Assembly (NCBI GenBank): GCA_000934665.2
Contig: JYFJ02003460.1
Span: forward strand, 1-41,280
DNA: 41,280 bases
Direction of reading: 5' to 3'
Source of the DNA: Catajapyx aquilonaris
Taxonomy: Eukaryota
The translations under genes were made by a program, and so were the position numbers. How positions within the stretch are numbered: the stretch's first letter is position 1; each line of letters opens with the position of its first letter. Of this stretch, positions 38,795 to 41,280 are shown piece after piece. A model generated the notes under the pieces. The model did no database searches. It saw only the letters and a program-made list of their open reading frames with translations, and was not told the DNA's origin.

Positions 38795-39282
38795 CACTCT
38801 AAAATACATCACGAGTGGTTTTCAATTCACTGAATTACACACGCCCGCTTGCATTGGCTCCAGAAAAATTTCAGCTGAAAAGTAGTCAGAAATGTTTGCT
38901 GTTCGTTGTTGAGAGTTGTTGACAACAATGGAAAACATTTTCAGGGGACAAATTTTTCTGGAGCTAGTGCGGTGCATGGAATTCAGAATAAGATATTAAT
39001 TAATAATTAAGAATGGCGAATAATGATGAGGTATAAAATTATTTGCATCTCTAAATGATTTTATTTGCTCCGTATACCAGATACATTTTCTTAACCAGAA
39101 TAATTCTGCGCACACAATATTTGTACATATTTCGAGTGATTTTCAACCAAAATTGTAATTCCCTTTTGAGTGCCTTTTATTCGATATTTTAGTCCAATTC
39201 ACTCGAATGTTCTCCCAAAAATGTGAGTTCATTTCGCTTCACTCTAATAGCTGAAAATCTCACTCGCCATATTTTCAGAGCG
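38795..39282. mobile_element. Possible decayed non-autonomous DNA transposon (CACT-type terminus) in intron 1
   Basis: Left end CACTCTAAAATACATCACGAGTGGTTTTCA aligns with the reverse complement of the right end, CGCTCTGAAAATATGGCGAGTGAGATTTTCA. Recurring CGAGTG/CACTCG motifs inside. Similar TAGAGTGTA ends near 34850 and 35480. Confidence 0.35.
38851..38970. repeat. 120-bp foldback / MITE-like sequence in intron 1 with 21-bp terminal inverted repeats
   Basis: GCATTGGCTCCAGAAAAATTT versus AAATTTTTCTGGAGCTAGTGC (2 transitions), plus internal complementarity CTGAAAA/TTTTCAG and AAATGTTT/AAACATTT. No clear target-site duplication. Confidence 0.6.
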
Positions 39283-39551
39283 CACACACGAATTTAATGC
39301 ACGAAAGTCTGTATAATAATACTAAACTCAAAATATTCTGTTATGTCACTTGCCACACTGCAAATATTCCCCAGTTGGTCCCCCCTAGTCCCTCCAACGG
39401 CTATGCCAAGAGCTGACTGACCCTTTCCGAAATAGGATCCTCTCTCTGCCTGGCTCCCAGGACATGTCAACGCAACACTTTTGCGGGCCACCTCTATCAA
39501 AGTGATGGGACGTGCGATCCGATATCTGATGGAATTTCACGTGACCCATCT

Positions 39552-39569
39552 CCCCCCCCCCCCNCCCCC
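39552..39569 (+). repeat. Poly-C run containing an ambiguous base (n at 39564) in intron 1
   Basis: C12-N-C5; may mark a contig join or an unresolved homopolymer. Confidence 0.9.
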
Positions 39570-40875
39570 TTTCATCCCTTTTTCTAAATAGAGCTTGCTT
39601 CGTAATTGGCTGTGTGTGCGGCACACGGGGGTCCCCATTGTCATGCCCGCTTGTTTAGGCCGCTGTTTTGTTGTGGCAAAACACTGCCGGCGCACAATTG
39701 CTGCTCGATTTGTTGGGTAAACGGCTGTCCGAAGAGGATGCCAAATAGGCGGGTTTCAAGTCGTTTGGTTGTGGGTTGCAATTGGGCTATAGTTTTCAGG
39801 CTGTCGGTAGTGTAATACAGGTGTGATGTTGCACTGAGTGTAATTAGCAAGAGTTAGGCCTACCTGCACGTGCGCTAATTTGCCCGAATCGGTTTCTAAT
39901 AGCCGTGCCACTCGCCGTGCTTTTTGTACAAATTTACAAATTTATCGAGATGTTACTGCAAAACAAATGTGAGAACTATTCTTCAAGCAACCTAAATTAA
40001 TCGTATCAACATTTCAAAACAAAATTACGGCTGGTGGCGGTTTAATCCGAATGAATTGAAATTTAATAAAAGGTACGTAACAAATCTAGGCCATGTAATA
40101 TTTAAGACGGCAGGCAAATTTCATGTGCACACGGCGTATTAGCATGACAGCTTATCGATTACATAAAAAGGTAGTCTATTCGTTCTACAGGAATACAATC
40201 TACTAATTCGTAGTGCCATTTACTTATTAACTATTTCATGTTGAAACATTATGTTCCTAATTACTAATTGGATGTTGTACTATATAAAAGGCAGAAAAAC
40301 CAACATTACATCCTCACTGGTTTATAAAAAATGGCTCAGTGACTTGAACTACCATCTTCTGTTTTTATAGCGAGACTTATACACATTACTATTGCATAAT
40401 ACGCCGCCATTTAGATCGAATTTGTAAACATTTCAGGTCAAAATCATGAAGTAAACAAACCGGCCGTCCGCCCGGCCGCCACCCATCTGCCGGCATGTAG
40501 CTTGCGACTCATGTTTTAATTTCAGCAACAATTAGTGCACACATATTTTGCCAATTAGACCAATAACACCGCACTTTTTTAACGCATCATTCGTTACCGC
40601 AATTGTAAATAAATGCGCACATACAGGCTACAACACTAACATTACAATTCGCTACGTTATACCGCAAGTGAATCCGAAAAGAGCTGCATTGTTGACTATT
40701 TCAACCAATGTTATATAATCATATTCATCTAAATACAATTAAGAACAGGCCTACTGACGCCGTGCATCACTGTCGACTACTGAATTTACTCACTATTTGA
40801 ACCACGATTCGTCACACCGGTCCCGCCCAATTGAAACCACCGGGCCCCCACTTTCGCACCGTACACTGTACTCAC

Positions 40876-41008
40876 CCAGCGACGACACCGTCTCAGCATC
40901 GGTGCTCTTGTGCTCGTCCCTGGCCATGATGGCAGCGATGGAGAAGTCTGTGGCCCTTGGCTTGGTCGTGGCCATCACCGGGCTGTCGTCCACAGCCGCC
41001 GGCAGCAT
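40876..41008 (-). CDS. Tbx20: Tbx20/H15 coding exon 1 (MLPAAVDD...VSSL, contains eh1 motif FSIAAIM at 40925-40945)
   Basis: KPRATDFSIAAIM matches the Tbx20-family N-terminal eh1 repressor motif. Donor CTGG|GTGAGT is phase 1 and fits exon 2. The start could alternatively be Met12 (ATG at 40975). Confidence 0.92.
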
Positions 41009-41280
41009 TTGGTCTCACACTTGGTCTCTTCTTCTCTATCTTATATTGTGTATACCCGCACCCTTTTTACCCACCCATCCGCCTGGGTGTGTGTACAAGA
41101 AGTGTTGAACACCCCCCCTTAGAAAGTGTTTGCCGACAGGCCGATGGTCTCCGACTGAGGGTCTGGTCCGCCCCTGTGTTGATCCCGACACCCGCCAGAG
41201 GCCAGGAGTGACGCTGGGAGAGGGGGATGGGAGGGGAGGGGGAGAGTAGAAAAAGGGGCGTGTCTAGAGAGGGGGCTTGA
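41009..41280 (-). promoter_or_regulatory. 5'UTR / proximal upstream region of Tbx20/H15; transcription start not determinable
   Basis: GC-rich sequence immediately upstream of the ATG, with a long C/T tract on the sense strand (41216-41280). Confidence 0.5.

Larger units (their letters stand above)
14346..41008 (-). other. Tbx20: Tbx20-subfamily (H15/midline-like) T-box transcription factor gene, full coding span; 6 coding exons, 517 aa
   Basis: Exons assembled by hand: 133+337+274+162+77+571=1554 nt in one open frame, intron phases 1,2,0,0,2, all GT-AG. The T-box contains the Tbx20-diagnostic [20 protein letters not shown] and AKGFRDSSRLTD, and the arthropod H15/mid-type [15 protein letters not shown]. 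Introns are 2227, 13663, 3084, 363 and 5772 nt. Confidence 0.96.

Noticed and set aside
1..41280. Prokaryotic or viral systems, tRNA/rRNA genes, autonomous transposons
   Set aside because: No operon-like ORF density, repeat-spacer arrays, tRNA A/B-box pairs, or RT/transposase motifs seen.

Overview
Eukaryotic (animal, very probably arthropod) genomic DNA. It holds one complete, intact, six-exon T-box transcription factor gene of the Tbx20 subfamily (H15/midline type) on the minus strand. The CDS is join(complement(40876..41008, 38312..38648, 24375..24648, 21129..21290, 20689..20765, 14346..14916)): 1554 nt, 517 aa, all introns GT-AG with consistent phases. The protein has an N-terminal eh1 motif (FSIAAIM), an acidic patch, a full T-box, two poly-Ala runs and a C-terminal RYSPY motif. 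A probable 3'UTR of about 1.3 kb ends near an AATAAA at about 13030. The remaining ~13 kb downstream and the large introns are non-coding; the other ORFs in the track look spurious. I see no evidence for a novel multi-gene system. The most unusual signals are a set of long, short-spacer inverted repeats (twin hairpins at 9749-9887, an intronic 63-nt hairpin at 23469-23531), a well-flanked 15-nt micro-exon candidate just past the 3' end, a WDR5-binding-like motif in the protein, and candidate Polycomb, insulator and enhancer motif clusters. Motif-level calls were made by eye and are hypotheses.
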